From contig NC_043010.1 of assembly GCF_006345805.1 (NCBI RefSeq), forward strand, positions 61,256,001 to 61,320,000: a stretch of DNA of 64,000 bases, in the 5' to 3' direction. Positions within the stretch are counted from its first letter, which is position 1; each line of letters starts with the position of its first letter. The DNA comes from Octopus sinensis. Lineage: Eukaryota. The translations under genes and the position numbers were made by a program. This document shows positions 11,115 through 22,724 of the stretch, one piece after another. A model generated the notes under the pieces. That model had not been told where the DNA came from and did no database searches. It was given only the letters and a program-made list of their open reading frames with translations.

Positions 11115-11760
11115 TATTTGGTAGCCACCACCTCAGCATGGGTAGCCAGGACACCTGTGAATGGCCTACATTTTAGTAGAGGTGCGATGGAAACCGGTCC
11201 ATAATCTGCACTTCAGTTAGGCTTCACCTCATCAGAAGTAACAGGGATAGGGGGGTTGGTTGCCTACAACTCAGCTGAGTCAGTTGTCTCCACTTAGCTG
11301 GGTAGCTTAGCCTCATCAGAGGTTAAGTGGGGTATTTGTTGGTAGCCTATGCTTCTGAAGGGTTAACTGGGACACCTCTTGGTAACCTACACCCTAGCGA
11401 GGACACCTGTCAACAGCCTACATCTAAGAAAAGGCTTTGGGGTCAACTATAAATATCCCACAACCCAGCAGAGATGGTTGTAATACCTGTGGGAAGCAAT
11501 CACTTCAGCAGAGGAAGCTGGGACACCTGTTAATAACCTATAATTCAGTGAAGGTACTTAGTACACCTGTGGGTAGGCTAAACCTCAAGAGATATGGTGG
11601 ATACAACTGTAGTTAGCCATTACCTTCCTGGTTGATCAAATGAAGTACCAGTCACATTTTGGGGTTGATGTCATTTACTAACTTCTCTCCTTGAAACTCT
11701 TGGTTTTAAACCCCTGTTGGCTTGGATTAGATCACCCATGGGTAGCCTACTGCAGGACAA
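11115..11760. repeat. Decayed ~40-bp tandem repeat (consensus approx. GGTAGCCTACACCTCAGCAGAGGTAACTGGGACACCTGTT)
   Basis: Recurrent GGTAGCCTA, CCTCAGCAGAGG and GGACACCTGT motifs at roughly 40-bp spacing; strongly diverged. Confidence 0.65.
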
Positions 11761-14700
11761 AGACTTCAGCAAGTTCTCTCCACCAGAGAATGGCTTGAGG
11801 TCATCTGACACTGCCACACTGGCCTGGCAGAAGGGTGCAGTTCTGATGCTCAGTACCCAGTTGTAGCTATAGCAAAGTCAATGTCAGTGGAATTTGAACT
11901 CAAAACATAACGACAGAGAAAATACTGCTAAGCATTTCGCCAAACATGTTAATGATTCTATGAGCTTGCTGCCTGTGATTGAAATAAAACCTAAAATTGC
12001 AATGAACAGGTGAGAATCTGAACTGGCAACAATATAAGAAGATATGTGAGAGCAAAAGATAAATGGAAGTTATTGAGGGGTGAAGGAACTTATCTGAGGT
12101 TTGGGGATGAAGAAATTCATCGCGGGGGGTAAGAGACAGTCGTGTTGTAGTCTTGGAGTGATCCAAGTTTGTCCTCATTAATTTGGTGTTTGGAGTTTTT
12201 TTCATGAAATCATAACGAGTTTCAAAGTAAAGGATTTGTATCATAGAGCAGGAGTTATTAGTCAGGTGATTGAAAAGGTGTTAAATAAAACATGAAGACA
12301 TCTTAAAGACAAAAGAATGGTTAGCTTTTATTGCTAGATACCCCATTAATAAATGGGGGATGTTACAGAGTCAGGAAATTGCTCCATCTTACAATATTCA
12401 GATTGAAATTTTGGCTTTATTTGTGGATTACATAAACAGCAAACATCCTTGGCACAAGCAACTAATTTAGACACTTTTTTTTACAAGACTAATTAGAATA
12501 AATGAGAAGATGGTGGAGTTGGAAACAGGGTGGTTCGACCAAATCTCGGAGGATTTCCATTAAAGCACTTTTTGTTACTAAATTTTGAAAATCCTTTCAA
12601 TACGAATAGGGTTTTCATAACCCTTTTAAAAACATATCTGACAGCAATCTGATTCAGTAAGTTCATGTATGATAGAGAAATCCGCTGGAGCCCTCCACTG
12701 CCCACAGATATTTTATTTTGCACCTGTCATTGTCTTGCTTGTTCCAATTTGAAGAACATTCTGCTATTGAAGTATCTTAACGTGTTCAGGTGTTGAACTG
12801 GAAACTAGTTTAACTACCATGGTACTCCATATTAGCAAGTTCTACTCTTGCAACTGTTACTCACTGTTTTTCAGTTGTTCAGGGTCAATAAGGTATGTAC
12901 TAGATAAATATTGTCAATTCAGTCACCTGGATTCCAGGACAAAAGACGATTATAGCTCAACGGATCTCAAATGTGCACACACACACACACACATTGTTTA
13001 ATAGTTGAGTGCTGATAGTATGCTACCAATGGTTTCATGCAATTGCTACCACACTTAACAGCACTTGACTATTCAAAGAAATTCTTCAGCCACCAATGTA
13101 GTGTGGAGTGCTCACTTTCTTGTTTGTTATTTATGTATGTAGATATAAATATACATAATTGAATGGCAATGGGACAAGAATTATGTAGCTGCTTATCAAT
13201 ATTAGTCTGCCTATGCAAAATCCTAAAATATAATTATGTGTAATGATACACACACTGCTTATTGATAAGTGGTTGGTTCTATGTTTGGTTAATTATGAAA
13301 CCAGTGGAACACTGATTAAATGATTACTCAAGCCATTTCAGTAGGGTGACATTATTTTATTTCTTTTAGAAAAAGGTAGGCAGTGGATTCAAAGTTTCAG
13401 GTTAATTGCCTCCATCAGTCTGATGAAGACAACTAAGAGGGAACTTTGAAGTCACTGTCAACATTTTTCTTGCAAAAGTAAAATAAGCACACCTGAGGTT
13501 ATTCTTGGAGAGAGAAAATATAATGAAAATGCTAGTTAGGTTCTCACTTCTGTCATCTTTGGAACCCTAGTTGCATGTATTGCAGTTTTCACTCTTGCCC
13601 GTTATGGCTGAACACCACTACACAGCAGCAGCAGAGAAAGAAATGATAGATCACAGAACAACAGGGACGTGGTCACTCTAAAACACATTTCCCAAAAGTA
13701 TATAAATGCACCCCCCACCTTGTCCTGGTTCCTGTTGTTGGAGTGTAACCATATTAGGGTAATGCTTTCATGGGTTTTAACCTATAATACTGACCCTGGT
13801 ACTTATTTCACTCAAATAATTACCATTGAAAAAGGGTTTTGACATGAAGGGACATGGCCCAAAACACCACAAACTATATTTGTTCGTTATTGTGTGCTTT
13901 CATGTTAGCATGGGTTAGACAGGTAAATAATTAAGGTATTGTTTTACAGCCAGATGATGGCCCCCACCTTTTTTTTAAGGATTTCATGTTCTGCACACCT
14001 TCAAAGGCAGGAAGCAAGAAGATGCTTTACTGCAAGAACACCAAAGCTTGAACAATTTCCAACTAAGTGAGCAACATATGTAAACACACACACACACACG
14101 TGTGGGTTTCTTTCTAGTTTCTGACTACCAAATCAACCGAGAAGACTTTCGCCTGTCCACACTGGCACCATTGTGTGTCTTGACCGAATGAAGTCCAGGA
14201 CATTGAGCTGAGGGAAGCCATTGATACAATATATACCATCCAACAGCTGTTGCCATGACAACAACAATATCGTTAGGAAAATTAGCAAAGCCAGCTCGTT
14301 AGGCAATGCAGTTGTTTAGCCTTAAGTCAACTCTCTCAGCAGAAGTGCTCCAGCAAGGGCCAACCTGACTAAATATATATATATACATATATCACATGGT
14401 AGACCTAATCCATTATTTGTCAATAAGAAGCTATTCCGAACAACACTGTCAAGCGTTCCTTTTTTTTCATTTCTATTGACTGGATGTAATTTGGTTGCTA
14501 TTTCTAACGGGCCAGACAACCACCAAAAGGATCCCACTTTGTTCCAAGAGATGATACATTACTTGCATGTCTGATTAGATTGTGTGTGTAAAGCTACAAA
14601 TAACATAAATATTAGGTAAAAAACAAACCCTTTTGGAGAGGAAAAGTGAAAGGGCAGCCTCCAAATGTTTCTCTCCAGAGTTTTCTAAACCCAATGTTTA

Positions 14701-14765
14701 TGTTTATGTTATTTGTAGCTTTATTTCCTTTAAGTGCCACCATTAAAGGCAAATTATATATATGT

Positions 14766-15040
14766 GTGGAGGCACATGGCCTAGTGGTTAGAGCAGCGGA
14801 CTTGCGGGTTCGAGTCTCAGACCGGGCGATGTGTGTGTTTATGAGCGAAACACCTAAAATCCACACGGCTCTGGCAGAAGGTAATGGTGAACTGCTGACT
14901 CTTTCACTCTTTCCTCCTGCATCTTGCAGCTCACTTGTGACAGACTGGAGTCCTATCCAGGTGGGGAACCTTTATGCCAAGGAAACTAGGAAGCCGGCCC
15001 TTATGAGACAGGCATGGCTTGAGAAGGAACAAACAAACAA
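14766..15040 (+). mobile_element. tRNA-derived SINE family C
   Basis: Homologous to 8057-8346, with an (AACA)n tail. Confidence 0.8.
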
Positions 15041-15051
15041 ACATATATATA

Positions 15052-16230
15052 TAAAATCATCATTTAACATCTGTTTTCCATGCTAGCATAGGTTGGACGA
15101 TTTGACTGAGGTCTGGCAAACCAGACTCCAATCTGATCTGGATGCCCTTCCTAATGCCAACCACTCCGAGAGTGTAATGGGTGCTTTTACGTGCCACCGG
15201 CACGAGGGCCAGTTAGGTGGTACTGGCAACGGCCACGCCCAAATGGTGCTTTTTATGTGCCACCTGCACAGGAGCCAGTCCAGCAGCACTGGCGACGACC
15301 TTGCTCGAATGTTTCACATGCCACTAGCACAAGTGCTAGTAAAGCGATGCCGTAACAATCACACTTGAGTGGTGTGCTTAACGTGCCATCGGCACGAAGG
15401 CCAGCTTGTTATTCTGGCAATGATCTCACTCGTATGGCACTCTTAGCGCTCCACTAGCAACAGATGCCAGTCACCGAACTTGATTTCGACTTCGATTTCA
15501 CTTGCCTCAACTGGTCTTCGCAAGCAGAGTTTAGTGTCCAATGAAGAAAAGGCACGCACAAGTGGACTGGTTACACCCCTAGCATAGGCCACAAGGTTAT
15601 GGTCACACTTGCACTTGCCGAGTCTTCTGCAGCACAGTATATTTCCAGAGGTCCCCTGTCACTAGTCATTGCCTCTGTGAGGCACAACATTCGAAGGTCA
15701 TGCTTCACCACCTCATCCCAGGTCTTCCTCCCTTCCACAGGTTCCCTCAACTGCTAGGGTGTGGAACTTTTTCACACAACAATCTTCATCCATTCTCGCT
15801 ACATGACCATACCAGCGCAGTCGTCTCTCTTGCACACCACAACTGATGCTTCTTAGGTCCAACATTTCTCTCAAGGTACTTACACTCTGCCGAGTATGAG
15901 TACTGACATTACACATCCATCGGAGCATACTGGCTTCATTTCTTGCGAGCTTATGCATATCCTCAGCAGTCACGGCCCATGTTTCACTGCCATGTAGCAT
16001 GGCTGTACATACACATGTATCATACAGTCTGCCTTTTACTCTGAGCGAGAGGCCCTTTGTCACCAGTAGAGGTAGGAGCTCTCTGAACTTAGCCCAGGCT
16101 ATTCTTATTCTAGCAGTTACACTATCAGAGCATCCACCCCTGCTACTGACTTGGCCACCTAGGTAACAGAAGCTATCAACTACTTCTAGTTTTTCTCCCT
16201 GGAATGTGGCGGAAGTTGTTCTTTGGACAT
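15052..16230 (-). mobile_element. 5'-truncated RTE LINE, subfamily 1
   Basis: The minus ORF 16063-15713 (KGRLYDTCVCTAMLHGSETWA...ERRLRWYGHVARM) is the typical post-RT C-terminus of RTE-clade ORF2. It is followed by a ~650-bp 3' UTR and (TGA)n tail; a close sister UTR copy is at 39886-40500. Confidence 0.9.
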
Positions 16231-16707
16231 TTTCAGTGATATTTATAGAGCCCGATGTATATATATATGTATGTATTCTAATAAGAACTTATTTCGACCC
16301 TGAAGAACTGTCTAACCCATTCAAGCATAGCAAACAGATCAACCCACCCCATCGCTGGACCCATTAACTGAATCCCTTACTATCAGCACGTTAACCCCCC
16401 TCCCCTCACTCTCCTCCTAAAATTTCTCTTCCCCTTCTCCAACAGTGTTGCTTCCTTTGGTATTCCCCACCCACCTACATTCTCTCAATGCTCTCTCTTG
16501 TCTATAACCTACAAGGCAACCCCCACCTGGTGTCATGAAAAATGTATTCAGGACACTATAAAATGGTTCATTCTAGGAAGGGGGTCTCTGACCCCTAGAA
16601 GCCTTGCCAAAGCAAACACAGGAGCAACAAGTGGTCTTGGATACGTTAGATCTTGTTCAACTGTCCAACCCATGCCAGCATGGAAAGTGGACATGAAATG
16701 ATGATCT

Positions 16708-16740
<33 letters not shown>

Positions 16741-18985
16741 GGCATGTAAGTAATGATAATGCATCTTATCAAGTTTGTTCGTGTTTTATACCTGTGAGTT
16801 ATAAATGAACATGGTAATTATTTTTATAAGTATTATATAAGCATTGGTGCTTATGGTTTAAATGTTTGAATGTGTGCACACATGCATGTATGTATTGTAT
16901 ATATACACACACACAGACGTATGTATATGTATGAATGTGAGTTACAGATAAAAAAGTTATGGAGTAAACACAGATGGAAAGCTCTGTTCTTTCTATTATT
17001 TGCATGTAAAAGTTGCTTGTATGTCTGTCTTGATTGAGTGTGATACAAAACGTTAGCCATTTGTGTTTCTCTCCAACACAGATTTATATTTAAAAAAAAA
17101 ACAGAATTGAAACAATAAAAGTGTGAGGTGGATGAGGATGCTGTAACACCTGACCAAAGTAATTAATGACAGGATGGAATAAAGGTAATGAAATAGCATG
17201 GTGGTACAGACATGACGGTGACACTTTCAGTTTTGTATTTTTTGTCATTTGAGGAAATTGGAAAAACTGTTTCTGCTTCCCTTTTCAACAAGGGGCATCG
17301 GGAAAGGACTAGGCTCCAGGAAGAATCTTCTCGTCAAAACACAAAAACCAAATTACACTTTCCATCTAAAGGCTTCCGAGTACAAGCTGATATCAGCAAC
17401 AGACAAAACGGTTATTAGTGGTGGTTCCTAGATGGTAATTCTATGGGAGAGGAGAGTGGGGGGCGGGGGAATGGTAAAAATTGATGGAGAATAAAGTCAC
17501 TCACTTTGATGCGGTGCTTTCATCTGTTCCAGCTTGCTACATCTCTGCCATGGGGAAATCCCCATCAGACAGGCCGGATACAGTGGAACTGACCCTAATA
17601 GTGCCAATTGGATGCAATTTCATTTTTAAAATGTATAAATTCTTTAAGGAAGCAATGAGACACCGTAAGAGTGAAAAAAAAATCCCAAATAATAGACAAA
17701 AACGAGTCAGACTCCTCTTGTTTCAGTTTGTCATGCGACAATAAGGAGCTGTTTCCTATATAACATATTATATATATATATATATAGATGTATGTATGTA
17801 TATACATTGTATGAATGTATGTATGAGAGAGAGAGAGAGAGAGGAGTTACATTTTGATAGAATACATAAATATACTGCAACTGCTGTCCAAAAGGTCTGG
17901 TGGCAGTTATAATGCGATGGTTGACTGTTTGAATTGTAAGACTGACATTAAGACAAGAGAATCTGCTGCACAACATTTTAGGTTGACTCACAAAAAATCC
18001 AGTCCCCAAACTTCTAGATTTCAGCTTGTGTTGATACAGCTCAATGATTTCAATCAAAAATGATTATTTGTTTGCATATTACAGGGCTGACAGCCAATAC
18101 TTTTTGTTGTTTTAAATTAAAAGGTTCAAATTTCCTCCACTTTATCGCCTCCGTGTTTGCATATTTTACAAGAGTTTTTTTTTGTTTCATTTCTTCTCAA
18201 CGAAATCAACTCCTGATACAACTGGGTAATTTCATTCACCACATCAAATTCGGTAACATTATCCATACACAAAGTGTAAAATATAAACTGCTTTACAAAA
18301 CAGCAAAAACGTCCACTGGCTGTTGATCAATTCACACTTTCACCGGCATCTTGAAATAAAACTGTAAGATAGCCATCATCACATTACAACTAGGATTGAA
18401 AAATATATTTAATAATTGGCTGCACTAATTCACGTTTCTAGGTGATGCTTACTTCTGTAACTAGAATTTTTAACCAAATTTCAATGATGTTACGTAGCTG
18501 CTACGACCAACCGGCCGGGCAACTTGCAGCAGACAGCACAACCCCGTTGAGAGTGTTACACAGTTGTCAAGTTGATCGATTGAGGTTGTATTGAATTATT
18601 GAAAATGTATTGATCAGTTTGGTTGAAATAAGGTAACCTTCCACCAAATATAGACACTTGAAAATATTTAGTGAGAAAGGAGGGGAAATGGTTGACTGTG
18701 GGAACATTTGTGTGAGTGAGAGAGAAGAGAGATGAAGAAGGCCTTGTGATACAACCTAGAAATTGTAGTGAAATGACTGTTTGAAAAATCAGGTGAACCT
18801 GTCATCAAAGCTGCAGCTGACGTGAGATAGAGTTGCGATTGAAAAGAAAAGGTAAGAGTCTTAGAAGACAACTGTTTGAGTAGATCTGTCGTAGGCTGAG
18901 GTGGAAAGGTAATTTCATAAACTACAGGTGTGAATGAATGTCCGTTCTCATGTGATTTTTGTGGGTTGAAAGTAAAGCCGAATAT

Positions 18986-20968
18986 CTAGGTCAACTCTTT
19001 TTGTCGTACAGATGGGATAGGGTTAGGGGGTTTAGGCCACGTAGGGCTCCATCCTGAAGACACTGGGAAACCCCTGGGCCAACTGTAACTGTTGTCCCAG
19101 TGGGATGACATTTGATGGATGTAAGAGGATGACATCTGCATTGGTGTGTTGGAGGTTAAGTGGGACTGAGTCTGCTGATGGGACCCGCTGGATCGCGGAG
19201 AAAGGGATGATGATGGATGGCTGTTGGGGTCCCTGTGGTGCTTGTCCGCATTATTAGAAGAGGCAGATTGATTCGTGGAGTTGGTGTTGCTGCTGCTGCC
19301 TCGATTATGAGATGAATGGGAGTTAGACTTGGAAGGTGGAGTATCGGAGTCATGCTGAGTCAAGGACGTGGCAGAGTAGGTCTTGTCTCCTGGGGTGTTG
19401 CTGCCGCTGCCACCACCACCGCCGCCGCCGCCACCTGCCCCGGCGCCAGGTGAAACAGAAGACCCAGACGGTGGCTGAATGCTACTGGAGGAAGTACCAT
19501 CATAGCTGTAGAGCTTTTCATTATTATTACTGTTGCCAACAGAAGAGACATGACTTCGTTCATGGCTCTTCAAATCTGCTTGGTGAGAGAAAGACTTCCT
19601 ACAAATGGTGCAGTGGAATATGTTCGATGATGACCCTGAAGTGCGGGACACCATTCCGGGGGTGTTCTCCGACATTGAGACTGGTGGAACCACGACCTCT
19701 CCAACGTGAGTCTTCTCATGATTCAGCAATGTAGTTTGGTGTGTGAAAGATTTCTGACATATTGAGCACGTGAAGGGCTTCTCGCCCGTGTGGGTCCGTT
19801 CGTGGTTCTTCAGTGTGGTTTGATGTGCAAATGTCTTCAAGCAGGTTGTGCAATGATAAGGTTTCTCCCCTGTGTGAACACGTTCGTGATTCAACAGAGA
19901 TGTTTGATGGGCAAATGATTTCATGCAGATCGAACATTTGTAAGCCTTTTCAGGTGAATGGCATTGCTCATGGTTTTTCAAGGTGGTTTGATGGGTGAAG
20001 CTTTTCTCGCACTGGCTGCATTTGTACAAACGTTCGCCCGTGTGGATTCGTTCATGAATTGTCAGTGTTGTCTGATGGGAAAAAATTTTGTCACAAACTG
20101 AACACTTATAAGGTTTTTCGCCAGTGTGTACCCGCTGATGGTTAATAAGGGTGGTTTGATGAGCGAACGTCTTCAGACACGTCGGGCAATGATAGGTTTT
20201 CTCCCCGGTGTGAATACGTTGATGGTTGATCAGCGTGGTCTGGTGAGCGAACGCTTTCATACAGATCGAACACTTGAATGGTTTCTCCCCGGTGTGTGTT
20301 CTCGCATGGTTTATAAGCGTAGTCTGATGAGCAAAATTTTTATTGCAGATCGAACACCGATACGGTTTCTCACCAGTATGAATGCGCTGGTGGTTGACCA
20401 GCGTTGTCTGGTGAGCAAACGTCTTGCTGCAGATTGCACAGTTGTAGGGTTTCGCACCAGTATGAACTCGTTCATGGTTTTGTAGAATGGTCTGATGGCT
20501 GAAAGACCTTTCACACATTGAACACTTGAAGGGTTTCTCTCCAGTGTGAACGCGTTCGTGTATCCGCAGATAATCTCGCTGGCTGAATGCCTTTGTACAA
20601 TATTCACAACTGAAGTGGGTCTGACTCAAACCTGCAGCAGACGCACGTTCGTGGTTCGTTAAATTAGCCATTCTTGAAAACCCCTTCCGACAAATATCAC
20701 ATCGATATGGTTTCTTATGGGCCAAACTATGCTGAATGGTCATCTGTCTGTGATGATGATGCTGGTAGGAATTGTTCATAAAACTTATACTGTTGGTAAT
20801 TCCTGTATTGGTTGATGATGTAATCCCTGTATTGGATGATGGCGTACTGGTAGGTGGGGTCTCTGTCTCGGGCTCCGAAGTGGGAGGGTAATTTTTACCA
20901 CCATTGAAATCAAAGGTTCCAAAAAACTGTTTCCCCATTGGGGTGTATACAGACTGTACGGAATACAT
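18986..20968 (-). CDS. C2H2 zinc-finger protein ZNF-2 (660 aa; 12 canonical fingers plus 1 lacking the last His; S/G-rich C-terminus)
   Basis: Uninterrupted ORF with tandem TGEKP-linked fingers. An upstream acceptor TTATTTTAG ends at 21158, and an in-frame stop precedes the ATG. Confidence 0.95.
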   Translation of the reverse strand: MYSVQSVYTPMGKQFFGTFDFNGGKNYPPTSEPETETPPTSTPSSNTGITSSTNTGITNSISFMNNSYQHHHHRQMTIQHSLAHKKPYRCDICRKGFSRMANLTNHERASAAGLSQTHFSCEYCTKAFSQRDYLRIHERVHTGEKPFKCSMCERSFSHQTILQNHERVHTGAKPYNCAICSKTFAHQTTLVNHQRIHTGEKPYRCSICNKNFAHQTTLINHARTHTGEKPFKCSICMKAFAHQTTLINHQRIHTGEKTYHCPTCLKTFAHQTTLINHQRVHTGEKPYKCSVCDKIFSHQTTLTIHERIHTGERLYKCSQCEKSFTHQTTLKNHEQCHSPEKAYKCSICMKSFAHQTSLLNHERVHTGEKPYHCTTCLKTFAHQTTLKNHERTHTGEKPFTCSICQKSFTHQTTLLNHEKTHVGEVVVPPVSMSENTPGMVSRTSGSSSNIFHCTICRKSFSHQADLKSHERSHVSSVGNSNNNEKLYSYDGTSSSSIQPPSGSSVSPGAGAGGGGGGGGGSGSNTPGDKTYSATSLTQHDSDTPPSKSNSHSSHNRGSSSNTNSTNQSASSNNADKHHRDPNSHPSSSLSPRSSGSHQQTQSHLTSNTPMQMSSSYIHQMSSHWDNSYSWPRGFPVSSGWSPTWPKPPNPIPSVRQKELT

Positions 20969-21083
20969 GTTTATGGTTTAGAAGAGTTATGTAGCGGCAG
21001 GTTTGGTTGAGGAGAGCAGAATTGTAGCGTTATAACAAGAAGAAGAACTGAAGAAACCACCCTGCCAAGTCTAGCATCTGTTA

Positions 21084-21140
21084 TCAACTGGTTCCACAGG
21101 CTGAAAGTACTTTGGTCAAAGGATTACTTTGCTCCAGCAT
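21084..21140 (-). promoter_or_regulatory. uORF (MLEQSNPLTKVLSACGTS*) in the ZNF-2 5' leader
   Basis: AAAGCCATG context at 21140, TGA at 21086-21084, inside the predicted terminal exon (starts 21157). Confidence 0.5.
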
Positions 21141-21255
21141 GGCTTTGGCTGCAGACACTAAAATAAACTAAAGAACCAAACAGTTGGATTTTACGTCAAC
21201 ACACATTTTCAAACACACGCACACACACACATACATACATATGTTCCTTAATTAC

Positions 21256-21543
21256 AGGTACATAGTTGACAGGTAATTAATTATCAAAAGATTTCATCAA
21301 TTCTTTGACATTTTGATTTCAGGAGATTCTCTGTCAATTGACAGTGTGTTTGGTGGTGGTGGGATCGAAGGGGTATCTCTGGGATGTCAACACCGTCACA
21401 TTGGCAGAAGAGTTTATTCAAAGATCCCCTATTGACATACAGAGCAGCTTCTGCAGGGGTTTGTTAGGTGCTCGGTTTAATCCGGTGAATTACATCTGGG
21501 AACCATCTGACAGGTATCTGTTAGCAACAGAGAGAGAAGAGAC
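21256..21543 (-). other. Candidate non-coding 5'-UTR exon of ZNF-2
   Basis: Strong minus-strand acceptor TTTTTTCCATTCTTCCAG ending at 21544. A possible donor GTAATT at 21255 gives a 98-nt intron to the acceptor at 21158. Confidence 0.5.
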
Positions 21544-21769
21544 CTGGAAGAATGGAAAAAAACACAAAATGAATTAATTATTAAAAATTAATGCAGATAA
21601 TTTAATGAAGACATTTTTCATTGCTAAAGTAACAAGACAAAAACAAAATTTTAAATAAAAGAAAATAAAAGGGGCTAATCTTAAGATTTGTTAAGATCTG
21701 ATTCTTTCTTATAATCCAAAGTGGATTAAAGAATGGTCAGCTATTTGATGGAAGTGTAAACAACCTGCT

Positions 21770-22193
21770 GTGCTTACCTTGGATCGTAGGGTGACCTGCT
21801 GTGCTTGAGGAGACCTATTGAGTCAAGTACATCAACATTAAAAAATCAAATGGAAATTGTGGTTGTGATACCTGTGCTGGTGGCACATAAAAAGCACCAT
21901 CTGAACATGGCCGATGCCAGCATTGCCTTGACTGGCATCCATGCTGGTGACACGTAAAAGGCACCAACCGATTGTGGCCGTTTGCCAGCCTCCTCTGGCC
22001 CCTGTGTCAGTGGCACATAGAAAACACCCACTACACTCACAGAGTGGTTGGCGTTAGGAGGGGCATCCAGCTGTAGAAACACTGCCAGATCAGACTGGAG
22101 CCTGGTGCAGCCTCCTGGCTTCCCAGACCCCAGTTGAACCGTCCAACCCATGCTAGCATGGAAAACGGACGTTAAATGATGATGATGATGATG
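21770..22193 (+). mobile_element. RTE-LINE 3'-end fragment with (GAT)n tail
   Basis: GTGCTGGTGGCAC(A/G)TAAAAAGCACC repeats and the shared terminal block ending GACGTTAAATGATGATGATG. Confidence 0.75.
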
Positions 22194-22273
22194 GGACTGC
22201 ATGGACAGTTTCCTTGCCTCTAGAAGGATGACTGGCATCATTGTTTCTTTTTAACTGAAATTTAATTATTACT

Positions 22274-22462
22274 AACCCTTTAGCATTTAGTCCAGCCAGA
22301 TCTAGTCCAAGTATTCTACCTGTTTTGTATTCAAACTGGATAGATCCATTCTCTCACACATACCCTACAATGCCATTGTAAAAATAAACAATCACATCAT
22401 TAAAATCTCCAAGTTGCGAGATAAAGCATGATTAATTCAAAACAATGTGAATAAATAAGCAT
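22274..22462 (+). mobile_element. Truncated TTAA/CCCT-ended (piggyBac-like) MITE
   Basis: Begins TAACCCTTTAGCATTT; homologous to 33430-33626 and 53031-53207. Confidence 0.55.
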
Positions 22463-22724
22463 GAGTCGCCTGAACTAGTAAAAAAGATGTCACTTCCCAG
22501 AGCACAGCTGCCATCAAAGTGCTTATAGATGTATTGTGGTCCATCATTTTGTTTTTCAGCAGAAAGCATTTATGCACATTTGTGAAATATTGGCTGTCAA
22601 TTTTTATGAGTTTGCTCAAAAAATATTTTAATATCAAAAAAACCTGATTTCACTGGATGCCCCATCCTCTGTATCTATTAAGACTGTTTTCAGTTTTGAT
22701 GATATGGGTATACTAGTAATATGA

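Noticed and set aside
11200-11330. Minus-strand CTGATGAG motifs suggesting tandem hammerhead ribozymes
   Set aside because: No GAAA after a stem II and no stem I pairing could be built, and the ~40-nt unit is too short.
13405-13460. CTGATGAAG...GAACT resembling a Penelope-type hammerhead
   Set aside because: Stem II does not pair and the conserved GAAA is absent.
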